DNA of 64,000 nt from Lytechinus pictus. Taxonomy: Eukaryota. A program made the translations under genes and the position numbers. The stretch spans positions 2,356,001 to 2,420,000 of the forward strand of contig NC_087260.1 in assembly GCF_037042905.1 (NCBI RefSeq), read 5' to 3'. The notes under the pieces are model-generated. The model saw only the letters and a list, made by a program, of their open reading frames with translations, was not told the DNA's origin and ran no database searches. Positions 37,120 through 49,685 of this stretch are shown here, in pieces; positions within the stretch are counted from its first letter, which is position 1, and every line of letters starts with the position of its first letter.

Positions 37120-39290
37120 CAAAGTATATTTCGTAATAAATCATTTTTAACAATAAAAATATTGATCAAATGCATAACACAAGCAGGATTGAAACGTACC
37201 AATGAAATGAAAAAAGTGGATGGGCCTATACTGAAGCAAAGCTTGTAAGATGTAGACCCCTTATCAAAATTTATACAGAATCTGTATAAAGTAAATACAT
37301 TATATCGATATAAATTTATAGAATTTTGCTGATTATTTTTACTCTACTTATATCTGATATAAGTAGAGTCAAAATAATCAGCAAAATTCTATAAATTTAT
37401 ATCGATATAATATATTTACTTTAAAATAATCAACACTACCTGGATAAGTATGAAGTTCACAAAATATTTGATTGAATCAATAAGAATTCACAAGAAACTT
37501 TTTGATGAGTAATTTAAATCGGTTCAGATTAGCAGCCTCTTTTATTACTCTGTCCAGAGAATTCCAGAGTTTTGGTCCTGTGAAAATGTCAGTTTTGCTA
37601 GAAAATACTGTTCTTCTTTTAGGTAAGTGATAGTCCTTTGACCGTCTCGTATTATATGAAAGCAAAGTATTGTTTCTCATAAATTTCTTTTGTAGGACAT
37701 TTTATAGGTACACTGTTTCTATCTAGCTGATACATGAATTGAAATAGTTGTAAGCGGTGCAGGTCACTGACTTTAAGGATACGTTTCTGACGAAACAATT
37801 CATCCATATGAGCTCTAAAGGAAATATTGCATATTATTCTCAGTACTTTTCTCTGAAGTAGCAACTCTTAATTTGTTTAGTCTCGTTTGAGAGGCATTAT
37901 CCCATGCCATAATCCCATAATTATGTTATGGTAGAATACAACATGGATAGCGCCTGTGCTGGAAGAACGTGTTTAAACATATTGATGACTCCAATATTTC
38001 TTGCCACTGTTTTACAAAAATATTGTTGATATGAGCATTCCATGTAAGTTTGTTATCAATAGTAAGATATAGAAATTTTGTTGTTTGCACTTCTTTGATT
38101 TCAGTATCATCTAAACATGCAAAAAGTATTTGATGCGGCAGATGTTTCAATGTATGACTAAAAAGCATTAGTTTTTGCAGATTCAATGACAGTTTGTTGG
38201 CTTTAATCCAGTTTGTTACTTTTTTAAATTCTGCATTCATAGTGCTCACAAGTAAATCAGGATCATGATGTGTGTAGAAAATATTGGAATCATCAGCAAA
38301 GAGAATTATGAGAGAACATGAGATGAATTTTTCATATCATTAACAAAGTACACATAGCAAAGTCCAGGAATACTATACCTTGTGGAATTCCACAGGCAAC
38401 TGGCCTCAATGTTGGAGATTCTGATTCATTTACTGTAACAAACTGAATTCTATCAGTAAGATAACTCCTAAACCATTGTAAAGCTGTCCCTCTGATACCG
38501 TAATTTGATAGCTTATAGTATTTCATGATCTATTGTATCAACGCTTTTGAGAAGCCGAGGAACAACCCTACGGTATGATCAGAATTGTCAGAAGAAGTAG
38601 ATATTTTATTTATTAATGTCAATATAGCATGAGTTGTATTACGTTTTTCCCCAAAACCAAATTGATTATCACATAATACTATATTTCTGAAGAAAAGCAA
38701 TTGTCCTTTTATAAATTATCCTTTCAAGAACTGCTGAGAACGAAGTTAACAAAGATATTGGGCGGTAATTACTAGTAATTAATTGATCTCCCTTCTTGAA
38801 AATGGGTATAACTTAAGTTATTTTCATCTTCTTTGGGACCTGACTAAGCTGCATGCAATGACAAATTAAATATATGAAGCAGAGGATCATCAAGAGAATG
38901 TATAAGGTTTTTCACATCTCTATTAGTAATGCTATCATAACCAGGAGTCTTTTCTGCTTTCAAATTAAATATAATCTCAAGTCTTGTCTATGAACTGGAG
39001 TAAGAAATATTGAACTATCATTTTGTTTATCCAAAAAGTCCTTAAACTAATTTTCTACAGGCATAATATTTCCAGCTAACTTTGGTCCAATTTGAGAGAA
39101 ATGTGTATTAAATTCATTTGCTATAGAATGAATAGGCCTATCTTCAACCCCTATTTCCATCTACACGTAATTTATTAACAGCACTAGATTTGTTAATTTT
39201 GTTTAGAGCCCCATTTTTTGTTTTCCATGTATTTTTAAGATCGTTTTTATATGATTGTAATTTTTCTGAATAAAACTTCTTTTCTAGAAA
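37120..39290 (-). mobile_element. Decayed CR1/L2-group LINE: reverse transcriptase ORF2 remnant and 3' UTR
   Basis: Frameshifted fragments YGIRGTALQWFRSYLTDRIQFV, CGIPQG, FADDS (~38285-38300), WIKANKLSLN, IDNKLTWNAHI, GPKLWNSL...FKLLIKKFL. Confidence 0.9.
37287..37423. repeat. 137-bp near-perfect palindrome
   Basis: 68-bp arms with 2 mismatches around a single T at 37355. Confidence 0.9.
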
Positions 39291-39689
39291 AAAAAAATTG
39301 TTTGAGGCCTTTACCTGAAAGATGGTATTATCATGGACCTATTATGGACATGATAATATACCCCCGAATACATAGCCTTGGTGTGGGGGTGTTCCCAAAA
39401 TTTTGAATGTTCAGATATAGTGCAATCACAATAACAATAATCATGTTAAGCAGGGCCCGCTGTGAGAACAGTTGGCGAAACTGAAGTGTACCCTGGGTAA
39501 AATATGACGTTATTATTATTATTATTATTACTACTTAATCACCCCCTCCCCTCGGACCGGATTTAAGCCAGTGTTTAGAAGTCTTCATAGTTCAAAAGAG
39601 TGGATTCACTTTATCATGATTCGGTGACCATGGTGACCAAAACTTTTAATTCGTTTTTTCCCATAACCATAGATAAGTACGCCGTCACC

Positions 39690-41054
39690 ATGAGCTTAGA
39701 ACAAGTAGAGGGTGCTTTGAAGCTGATTGAAGACCTCAATCTAACAGCAATTCGATTCGAACAGACCGATATGCATGGCATCGCACGATGTAAGACAATC
39801 CCGGCGTGTCACTTCAAGGAGAAAGCAACCAAAGGTGTCAACTTCGTTTTGCTCGCACTAGGAGCTCTGGATGTCAAAGGTGAGCTGGTTGAACTGGTCG
39901 AGGATACTGGCTACGGAGAAGAGGTGTCATTCGGCGATGCGGTGGCGTTTCCGGATTTCGATACTCTCTATCCGCTACCGTGGTTGAAAAGCACCGGAAG
40001 AATCCTGGTCGAACCGACGTACAATGGCGAGTCCGTTCCCGGGTATCCACGAGTAATTGCGAAGCGGCAATTGGAGAAATTGAAGGAAATGGGGATGTCT
40101 CTTCTATCGGCTCACGAGCACGAGTTCTACCTCGTGGAAAAAGAAACGCTGAAGCCGATGAACGGAGATGACTCAAACATCTTCGCCACTATTCGTAATA
40201 CCCCGATCCTGGACCTGATAGATAAGTTCATCGAATACCTACCGAAAGTTGGAGTTTCGGTTGAAAGTGTCGAAAATGAAATGGGGCCTGGTCAAGTCGA
40301 GATATCTTACAAACCGGCGTTTGGTTTGCGTGCTGCGGATAATGCCCACACCTACAAAACATCCATCAAGGAAATAGCCCTGCTCAACGGCTGTGTGGCA
40401 TCGTTCATGAGTAAACCCTACCCAGAGCAAGCTGGCTCCTCTAGTCACTTTTGCCATTCTTTGTGGGATGTCGAAGGCAAGCTTCCCCTCCTGTACAACC
40501 ATGACAACCCGACGCATCTCTCGGAGATTGGTCAGCAGTGGATTGCAGGAATCCTTGCTCATGCTCGCGCTACTGAAATCCTGATGGCACCTACTGTTAA
40601 TTGCCTTAAACGTGTTAAACCGATGGCCACTCCCATCAATGTCACATGGGGTTTGGACAATCGCACCTGCCTTGTTCGGGTCAAGATCAATGGTGACACT
40701 GGAACATATCTTGAGAACCGAGCAGGCGCCTCAGGGTGTAACCCATACCTCTCTCTGGCGGCAACAGTTGCTGCCGGTATTGATGGTATCGTGAACAAAA
40801 TGAAGCTACCACCACCGGTTACCCGAAACGCTTACAAGCCTGAAAACATCCCTCCAAAGACAGCATCTATCCCGGACAACATGGAGGACGCGCTCAAAGC
40901 ACTCCTTGACGATGAGGTCATCTGCGATGCCCTGGGAAAGGACTTCATTAAATCTTTCTCTGCTTTGAAGAGGTACGAAGCGAATCAAGAGAGAGAGGCA
41001 ATAGATAAGGGCGACGAACACTGGGATTTCAACAAGTTCTTCTATTACTTGTAA
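39690..41054 (+). CDS. Type I glutamine synthetase-like / lengsin-like protein, 454 aa, single coding exon
   Basis: RFEQTDMHGIARCKTIP (lengsin-like N-terminus), AHEHEFYL, ENEMGPGQVEI, FMSKPY, GSSSHFCHSL, TWGLDNRTCLVRV, YLENRAGASGCNPYL. ATG 39690 has a good Kozak context (gtcaccATG) and follows a candidate splice acceptor at 39672. Confidence 0.93.
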   Translation: MSLEQVEGALKLIEDLNLTAIRFEQTDMHGIARCKTIPACHFKEKATKGVNFVLLALGALDVKGELVELVEDTGYGEEVSFGDAVAFPDFDTLYPLPWLKSTGRILVEPTYNGESVPGYPRVIAKRQLEKLKEMGMSLLSAHEHEFYLVEKETLKPMNGDDSNIFATIRNTPILDLIDKFIEYLPKVGVSVESVENEMGPGQVEISYKPAFGLRAADNAHTYKTSIKEIALLNGCVASFMSKPYPEQAGSSSHFCHSLWDVEGKLPLLYNHDNPTHLSEIGQQWIAGILAHARATEILMAPTVNCLKRVKPMATPINVTWGLDNRTCLVRVKINGDTGTYLENRAGASGCNPYLSLAATVAAGIDGIVNKMKLPPPVTRNAYKPENIPPKTASIPDNMEDALKALLDDEVICDALGKDFIKSFSALKRYEANQEREAIDKGDEHWDFNKFFYYL

Positions 41055-41717
41055 AGCTAGTATAGCTAACGTGAATTGAATAGTTTGCTTGTAAGTACAC
41101 CTAAGACAAATATTTTGAATGTAAAATTCAAATATGTTCTATCTATTTTATATTTTATTTTGTTTTGCTTTTTTAATACATTATTCATTTTATAATTACA
41201 ACGCAAACTGATTTTTAAATCGTTCCTCCTCTTATCATTTCTTTCCGTTTTATTTTATGGTGTTCATCTAGCAAATTATTACTACATATATATAATGCTT
41301 ATTCTATCGCCTATTGCGCATTCATTTTCTCCTAAATTCTTTCATATATGCATATTACATGGTATTATATAAAGTAACTTGTATAATATTTCGAAATATT
41401 ATGTCATAAAGATATATGGGGGGTATCATCTATACGGTACCTCATAGTGGGTGATTAAAACAAACGTTTTTATTCTTCATGTACACAAGTTAATTCTGTA
41501 ATTTATCATTATATCATCATTACTTCCATTCCATTAATTTCTGCATATTGTTTAATTTTGACGAATATTTCATGCTTTTGTTCTTCTGTACATCCCTTTT
41601 GTAAATTGACAAAATAGTATTTTAGCTCTTTTACCGTCAACAAATACATGAATCAAATAAAATCAAATACAAAGTTTGGGGCTCATTACGCCACTGTATA
41701 CACATAATGAGTTGGTG

Positions 41718-41883
41718 CACTGTAAAAAATGAAGTGCTAATTTAGCACTTACAGTGATGGTTTAGTGACTGCACTACGAGTGCTGATTTTCTAGTTCAAA
41801 TTTAGACTAGAAAATCAGCACTCGTAGTGCAGTCACTATACAAGCACTGTAAGTGCTAAATTAGCACTTCATTTTTTACAGTG
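41718..41883. mobile_element. 166-bp palindromic CACTA/EnSpm-type MITE
   Basis: CACTGTAAAAAATGAAGTGCTAATTTAGCAC... nearly perfect fold-back over its whole length; 2-bp TSD TG; similar CACAGTAAA-ended element at 43382-43570. Confidence 0.8.
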
Positions 41884-44800
41884 TGGCTGGAGATCTGCTA
41901 TGATAATCATGATCATGATAAAAATCCACTTTAATTTTAGTAAAAATTGTTTTATTCGAATTTTATGGAAATATAGGAATTTAAATGTAACATATGTCAA
42001 TGTTATTAAATACAAGAAATGCGAAAATGGTGCATTACGATTAAACGCTTTTAAATTCATTTTGAACTTAAACGCTCAGTTGAAAAATACGTTTACGTTA
42101 AAAATAACAAAGTTGTATAATTTCATAGTAGATCGAAGAGCGTAATTTTGCTATAGATTTATACGGTGCCTACTTAGATTTGATATTATTCAACTATACT
42201 TTTGCCGCTTTTTGTTTTGTTATGTCAAATGCAAATTTTTCTTATTTTGTTACAGTAGAAATATAGTATGAAATCAAGATATGGTAAAGAAAAAAAAATC
42301 CACGATACCATGTCAATCCCATAAAGAGGTGGAGCTTATTTGATCCACCTTTTATAGACATCATAATCGCATTGCCACTGGGAGGATCTTCACAGCATTA
42401 GTGATCTCAGCATTCAAATGCTCATAACTTTTTTATATTTTGTTCATTTTTTTCTCAGACTTTCATGGATATGTTTCTTTGATTTTTCTGTTTTGAATTC
42501 AAGCTTCCTTGTTCAAAGCGTTTGATTTATCATCCTTTTAAATACTGGTATTAGAAATAAAAACTTGAGATGAATAACAACAATGCAAGCAGTTATTTAG
42601 TGCTCAGCTACAAATGCATATAAACATAATTTATATGCAGTTTATTTGTATAATTTGATTTGTAGATCACGTGTCATTTCAATATAATACATACATCACT
42701 AGCCATATATATATAAATATCAGACAGAAATTCTATGATACATGTATATTGTATGTAAACTTGAATACAATCGATAAAATAGTACTTGATTGTCTCAATA
42801 CAAAAGCACAAGGGAGTTATATTGCATTTCTATCAATAAATCAACAATCAAACCTTGATTGAAATCCTCATTCACGAGATGCATAGAATATTTCAAAACG
42901 AATTTTTTCTATAAATTGCAACTTTTACAAGACAAGTAAGATCATATCAAATCAAATCAACAAGAATTATAATAATTATCATAATTAATGTGAAATATAG
43001 GACACCATCTAAACTGTAAGGGCCTTTAAAGCAAATATTTGAACAAAAATACATACTGAAAAAAAACCCTGAAATTCCTGCTTTTGTTAAAAAGTGCTAA
43101 CCCTGAATACACATAACTTGCTGTGTTATTTCAGAGATCATCTAGTGGGTGTTTCATAAAGCTGTTTGCAAGTTACAATCGATTTTATGAACTGGGGACC
43201 CTTTCTTGGAATTTAATCAACACCAATGGGAATTGGGGGAATTTACTAGAAGAAATGATCACCAGTCATTTGTTAATTAAGGTCATTCATAAATTGTGAA
43301 AAGCTTTATGAAACACCCACCCGATCCCTGTACAAAGTTGATATTTACAAAAAATATTTTCATGATTTGTTACAGAATTTACACAGTAAAAACAATGTTT
43401 AAAATTTTAAGCAAGTAGTTAAAGCCTGTCACTCTAACAAATGTTGTTTATACTTTTTAAACAACTGTTTGAAATTTTTAAACAAGTTTTTTAAAAAGTT
43501 ATAAAAATTACCAAAATTACCAAAGAAAGGTTTTAACAACTTAATTTGTAATATTTTTTCATTTACTGTGTATCACAATTGATCACATGATTGGTTCTAT
43601 ACCTTTTTGGGGGGAGGGGGGCCGGGGGGGGGGGTAATGGGTTCTGGTAACTATGCCATCATGGTAAGGTGGTATTGATAACCCCTGATTTTGATTGGCT
43701 GTTGAGTCATGTTACCATGGTAGATGGCAATTTGACAAAGTCTGATCTTTATGAAACATACACCTAGAGTTGTTGACCTAGAGCTGTTTAACTCAGAACA
43801 CACCAAAGTCAATAACAATTAATCTTGGTTATAATGTAGCCCAAAAAACTGAATTATGTTGCTTTATACATGTAAAGTAAAGAACATTGTTATCCTTATA
43901 AGATACGGTGTGTAAAAACTATAAAAAAAGTCATTTGAAATTCAGTCATAAATTGTATGAAAAAAATTATGGACTCGCATAATAATAAATTTACCATCAC
44001 TTAAAAATCCAGTCATTCTTCTGTCATGCCAAACATCACAATCTGTTCATGAAATGCCCTGAGTAATCCTCACATGTTTCTCACTACATGTAGATATCCA
44101 ATTAGTGATGGTTTAAAAAAAAACACCATTTCTCTCTCAAAAAAGCAATTAAAAGAAAATTAGCAAATTATGGATTCACTACATGAACACTAACACACAA
44201 ACAGATCTATTGCACTTTATATACTAGAAACAAAATTGTGGAATGCAGTCAAATTAAACCTTCTAGATCATGGATAATATCAGAAGAAATATGAACACAT
44301 GTAAATTGTAAACTTACACACATTTCCTAATTGCACATTCTTTGACCACTCCAACATTAAAACTAGTCATCACATGTACATTTCGACACAAAACCCTGTC
44401 CCTTCTATTTGTGCGATATCTTCTACATAAAATGAAAATTGCAGATACTGCATTATCATTACTAAATAATGAGGCACATTTGTATACATTTTTTTTTCTC
44501 TCATGACATGTACTAGAGTAATAATTTAGACTGAAAATGATAACTAAAAAAAAACACCCAGACATAATAATAAATGTCACTTGGAGGTTTAAGACTGAAA
44601 GAAGGAATATATACAGAAGTACAAAAATATAAAGGGTTTCTTAGAATAGCAGATAAATTATTGATCAACTTTACAGGTGATAGCTGCTGAATACAATCTA
44701 ATGTGGCAGAAATCGGTTAATGATTGTACTTGCTATAAAAACACACTTAATTTTGAATAAATATTTAAATTATGAGCTGATCATGATATGGCAGATTAAA

Positions 44801-45674
44801 AGATATAAGTTTGGCACATACACCTGTATTGGATATCAACAAAATGTTAAGGTACGTACATGTACAGAGGGGCTACATCTATGGTGTGGATAAAATTTTA
44901 TCAAGATTGTGGCATGAATCATGGCATTAAATCGTATAATGACAATACATGTACACCTGTACAAAACAACATAAATGAAGTATTTTAAATCAATGTAAAA
45001 TTTGTGCAAGAAATAACACCATCTAGACTCTTTTAGATTTTGCTAATCAAAATAACTTGGTATATAATAGTGATACACATCAATATTTGATGCAAATAAA
45101 AAATATGAATTGATAGAATAAATGAACTGCCATTACACTACAATATATAAAAATAACAAAATACAAATAACACTATAAATTCTGTATGAAAATTCAAATG
45201 AGGATAAGGACATCTTCAGCGCGCATCAATGTACCAATCGACAATATAAAATTACCACAAATCAACTTGTTGCATCGGCATAAAGAAGCACATTTATATT
45301 AGAAACAGTAGTACAGAAGTTGACTAAAATACACAATGATCAGTATGTGACTATTTGACATGTAGTACCCTGGTAATTTCAACATGAATAGCTAGCTATT
45401 CACTACTATGGGTGAATATCAATGTTTGCAATTAAACTTCACAGAATTCAAATGATATCTGGTAAATTTGACTTTTGTCTAATCACCATAATGAGCATAA
45501 AAAACCTATTTCGGGAATTTGTCTTCAAGATTCAACACATTTCCAAAACTCAACCCCTCAAAACGATTACCTCAAGACACCATTGCTCTGCAAGCTCTAA
45601 GCTTCAGTTTCAATATCTACACTGTTGTTTAACACACAATGTCACACATATCAATCAAGGGTGTGTAATGAACT

Positions 45675-45958
45675 TAATAATAATAAAAGTCAGTTCTTGT
45701 ATTAGCGCATAACACATTATGAATAACGTCTCTATGCACTTGGATATTATTACCCCGGCTGTAGCTCTAGCAGCCTTCCAGCGCTCAGTGCATTTCAAGG
45801 AATAAATTCTTGCCAGGTACCCATTTACCTCACCTGGCTTGAGTGCAGCACAATGTGGATTAATTTCTTGCTGAAGGAAACTACGCTATGGCAGGGATTC
45901 GAACCCACGACCCTGTTTCAAAGTCAGGAGATTAATCCACTAGGCCACAACGCTCCAC
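45675..45958 (-). mobile_element. tRNA-derived SINE
   Basis: Reverse strand ggagcgttgtggcctagtgg (A box), gggttcgaatccc (B box), ccaggtgaggtaaatgggtacc, gcgctaatacaagaactgac + tattatt tail. Confidence 0.8.
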
Positions 45959-46885
45959 ACTTAAGTCCTGTAATAGCTGACAATATGGTAGGCTTTTAAT
46001 TAAAAATGGAATTCTAGGACTAACGTTAGGTTCTTCTATAAACCGGAGTTTACTCTATTTGGAGTTTGCTCATTTTGTTCAACCTCAAGATTTTTAATAG
46101 CCAAATCACACATCTCTGAGATTAAGAATCAAGTATCGACCATCCCCATCAGCATAGCATAACTTCCAAAGTGGGGGAATTTAAGCTATTAAGGATTGCA
46201 CTTTGGGCTTGTTTTAATAACTACATGTAGGTGATAACCAAAATGTTATCCACTCATGCTTAAGCTTTATACTTCCCCTAATATGATAGCACAAATGTTT
46301 TTAAGTCTACGTGTAGTTGTAAATAAATCTGGAAATTGAAAAATGGATCATTTTGCAATTACATGGTCTTCATAAGTTCATAAATAACATGTGTTCTGTT
46401 CATCATCATGATCATAATTATTATTTACATCATTACAGTACATAACTTCATTATCCAGAGTAAACATTACATTTTCAGCATAGATAGAACATAGTCCAAG
46501 ATTCAATAATCATGGAACAATGCAGCGTAGCCATAGGAAATACCTGACGGTGACAGACGATTTTGCCCTCATGACTGCACCAGGGCCTAAAGATTCTCCC
46601 AAATGCATTCTTTTGGGCTGCCATTCTTTCTAGAGTTGCCCCAAGATCTGACACCCCCCCCCCAAAAAAAAAATCAATATTTGTAATAATAAAATGGCAG
46701 AATAATGACATTGCTTTGACTGTATAATTGCTTGTTACCCCTAAAAAATAGCCCTTAACATGGAAGAAATAGCCCCTAAAATTCCTCAATCACCCCAGCC
46801 CAGGGTGAAAAAAAAGATAGCCCAATGGAACAAAGAGAAAGTTGTTCAACAAATCCAGCCATTCATTAGTCTTTACTTTAATAAT

Positions 46886-47593
46886 TTATTTTGCTTTTGT
46901 CGGAGTTGTACAGGTAGTACTGCTCGATTTAACCTCTCTTGTAAAAACCCATCGATCTGTTGACCTCTCATCTCCACCACTTGAGGACACTGATGCAAGT
47001 TTGAAACCCAACTGAGTGATTTGCCTGAAAAGCTTAACACGGGACAACGGCTGCTCCCTTGGCACAATCAACCCATTCTCCTCTGGACCAAAAATGTGGT
47101 CCAACTGGTTGCGGACCAGCCGCAGATGGTTCCCAAATCCTTCCATGACTATCGGGATTTTCTGAAGGGTGTCAGAGCTTCCAAATATAATCCAACGACC
47201 ATTTGCACATTCAAACTCGGCCTCAAGAAACTCTTGCTCCTGGATGCGTTCCTTTGCCCTTGTCTCCTCCTCCTTAGCCATGGCAACTGTGATTCTGAGC
47301 TGAGACACAGCATCAATTAACTCCTTAATCTGGTAGTAATCGGCCTCCTGTGCGAGCATGTCCAGCTCTTTGAAGTCCTCGGGCAAGACAAGGATGGACC
47401 GCCGCAGGAAATTCAGCACATAACGAAACAATGGCCCGTCACCGTCAATTAGGTAGTTCCCCTTATCATCTTGTGTGGATGGGAGGCGATCACTGAACAT
47501 TGATCCCAACATAGAATCCGGAAAACGAATCAGGGTAGCTCGGGATGTTGTGTATATTGTCCCTCCGACATTGAGGCTCACAAAATCAGTCAT
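46886..47593 (-). CDS. BTB/POZ (T1-type) domain protein, KCTD6/KCTD21-like, 235 aa, single coding exon
   Basis: VSLNVGGTIYTTSRATLIRFPDSMLGSMFS...GPLFRYVLNFLR...EADYYQI BTB domain plus KCTD-type C-terminus (LGFKLASVSSSGG...WVFTRE). A candidate acceptor (ttatttcatag) lies 4 nt before ATG 47593; an in-frame upstream ATG at 47626 is the alternative start. Confidence 0.9.
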   Translation of the reverse strand: MTDFVSLNVGGTIYTTSRATLIRFPDSMLGSMFSDRLPSTQDDKGNYLIDGDGPLFRYVLNFLRRSILVLPEDFKELDMLAQEADYYQIKELIDAVSQLRITVAMAKEEETRAKERIQEQEFLEAEFECANGRWIIFGSSDTLQKIPIVMEGFGNHLRLVRNQLDHIFGPEENGLIVPREQPLSRVKLFRQITQLGFKLASVSSSGGDERSTDRWVFTREVKSSSTTCTTPTKAK

Positions 47594-47940
47594 ATTTCTA
47601 TGAAATAAGGATTTCCTATGGATCATAAGCAGCTTTTTAACAAATAACAGCAGCAGACCGTATCACAAACTTCTGCATAGCGGCTTTAGCGCATTCAAAT
47701 AATAAATCCTCAGAGAGTTTATTAACCTCAATGTTTATTGTGTGCGACCAATAAGCAATTAGAAGCAAGCAACTAAACCTCAAGGTCTTGTATCCCCAAA
47801 ATGACTGATCAAAAATGAAATACTTTCTACGATTCTTCTCTACGTTAGATAAGAAGTCCATCTAGATCAAGTGAATACTAATTCACTCATCTGAAAGAGT
47901 CAAATTTGAGTGATTCCTGACGTCACACCAAGTGTAACGA

Positions 47941-48152
47941 GGTGCGATAGTTCAGTCGGTAGAGCAGGGGTTTCGGATTCCGGTGACCCGGGTTCGATTC
48001 CCAAGTGGTGCGCTAGTGCCCTTTGGTAAGGGGCACATTTATCCTCATTACCAGGTCCCTCGGAGAGGACCTTAAGCCGTTGGTCCCCTGGTTTCTTGTT
48101 CACAGGCATTCATGCTTTCTTAGCAGTCAGGTAAAAAACCTCGGTATAATAA
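47941..48152 (+). mobile_element. tRNA(Arg)-derived SINE (SURF1-like)
   Basis: A box tagttcagtcgg, B box gttcgattccc; body near-identical to 33361-33561. Confidence 0.85.
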
Positions 48153-48699
48153 AACTTTGTACATTTTCTCAAAAGCATGATCGTATACTATACGCAGCAT
48201 TTTTTTTCCGGGGGGGGGGGGGGGGGGGCGAGCGGGCGGGCAGCACACCGTAAAATTTTCCGGGAAAAACTTGAAAGCGAGGAAACAAAGCAACCAAGCT
48301 TGTCATTGAGGCTCTTGCGGTTTGTAAAGTGAAATTGAAGGATTTCGTGCATACTTTTGATGAGTTTTGTGAAAATGTAAGTTTAAAAAATTTCTTCTGC
48401 CCCCCCCCCCCTCTGTACATGTTGCGTAGGCCCATGATCTTGAGGTCCATCTAGGCCTAATCCTTTTAACATAATTATGGGCGAGAAATAGGAGCGGAAT
48501 ATTCATTTTGTTTTAGTGACAGGAAAGATATGCTAATGCTATATGAGAAGGATGCAGGGACGTTTCAGCATAGTCTGCTGTGCAAACCCTTCACTCGAGT
48601 AAAGGGTCTGAATTGCAGCCTACTCATGTTTTGTGTACTGAAGACTTACTTGTTGATCAAAGTTTCAATCAGAGTCTGTGCCTGCATGCAGACTAGTTT

Positions 48700-49685
48700 C
48701 GGCACGGCACGTCGATCCACTCTTCATTTACGCTTTCCTTTTTCATTTCTCTTTTGCCTTAATTCCATCTCTTGATATCCCTTTCTTTCGTCTCCCCCTC
48801 TCCCTCCCCTTCTTTTCTTCTCTCCCCCTCTCCCTCTATCTCTCTGCTTTTGCTGGTGTGTTTCTCCAGTATCACTTATTTCAATTCACTTTCTTCCTAT
48901 ATCTATCTACATCGCCCCTTTCCATAATTTCTCTTTTCTTTTCTTTCTTTTCCTTTTTGTTTTTATTTCAAGCTTAATCTCTTTTATTTCTTTCCCTTTT
49001 TATCTCTCGATTTCCCTTCCTGTTCTCCCTCCCCCCTTTTTTTCCTTTTCTCAGCCCCCCCCCCCCTCCTTCCTTTCCCCTTAGTCGATCCCTTTCTACT
49101 CCTTTTATCTATTTCTCCCTCTAGTTTCCTCCTCTTTATTTGCCTTCTCTTTTCCCTTTCCTTCTTCATTTTCTCCCTCTCTCGCTTCCCCTTCTCCCCC
49201 CTCTTCTTTTTGTTCGCCTTTCTGTTTCTTTTCTCTTCTTCCCCCTCTTCAAGGAAGGGGAAAGGGAGAGAAAATGACAAGGAATAATCAAAAAAGTAAG
49301 AGAAGAAAAGGAAAGAAAAGAGGGAAAAGAGAATAAGAATGAAGGAAAAGAAGGGGAAAGGATATAAGAGAGGTCGGAGTGAGAGAAAAGGAAATGGAGA
49401 GAGGAAAGATAAAGAAGGGGGAGAAATGCAAGATATAAAAGGTACATAATTTATAATAGGAATAGAAGTAAAAGAAAGGGGATAGGAAAGGAAGCGAAGG
49501 TTGAAAGACAGAAAGAGAAAGAAAAAGAAGTGAAATTGAGAGAGGAAGGAAAGCGAAAAAAAGGAGAAGGGAAAGTATAGAGAGGAAAGAAAAGAGGAAA
49601 AGGGGAAAGTAGAGAGAGAGAGGGTTTGGAAGAGGGGGAGAGAAAAGGAGGGATGAAGAGAGAGAGAAAATGAAATGAAAATGAA
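48700..49685. repeat. Long polypyrimidine tract followed by polypurine tract
   Basis: CT-rich ~48700-49250, then GA-rich ~49250-49685. Confidence 0.85.

Noticed and set aside
39600-39689. N-terminal extension of the GS-like ORF in the ORF track
   Set aside because: Begins at GTG and spans a pyrimidine tract plus AG acceptor at 39672; ATG 39690 has a better context and matches where family similarity begins
47941-48012. Possible tRNA-Arg(TCG) gene (also 33490-33561 and 5787-5875)
   Set aside because: Acceptor stem does not pair, and the heads at 47941 and 33490 continue into a shared SINE body; treated as SINE heads
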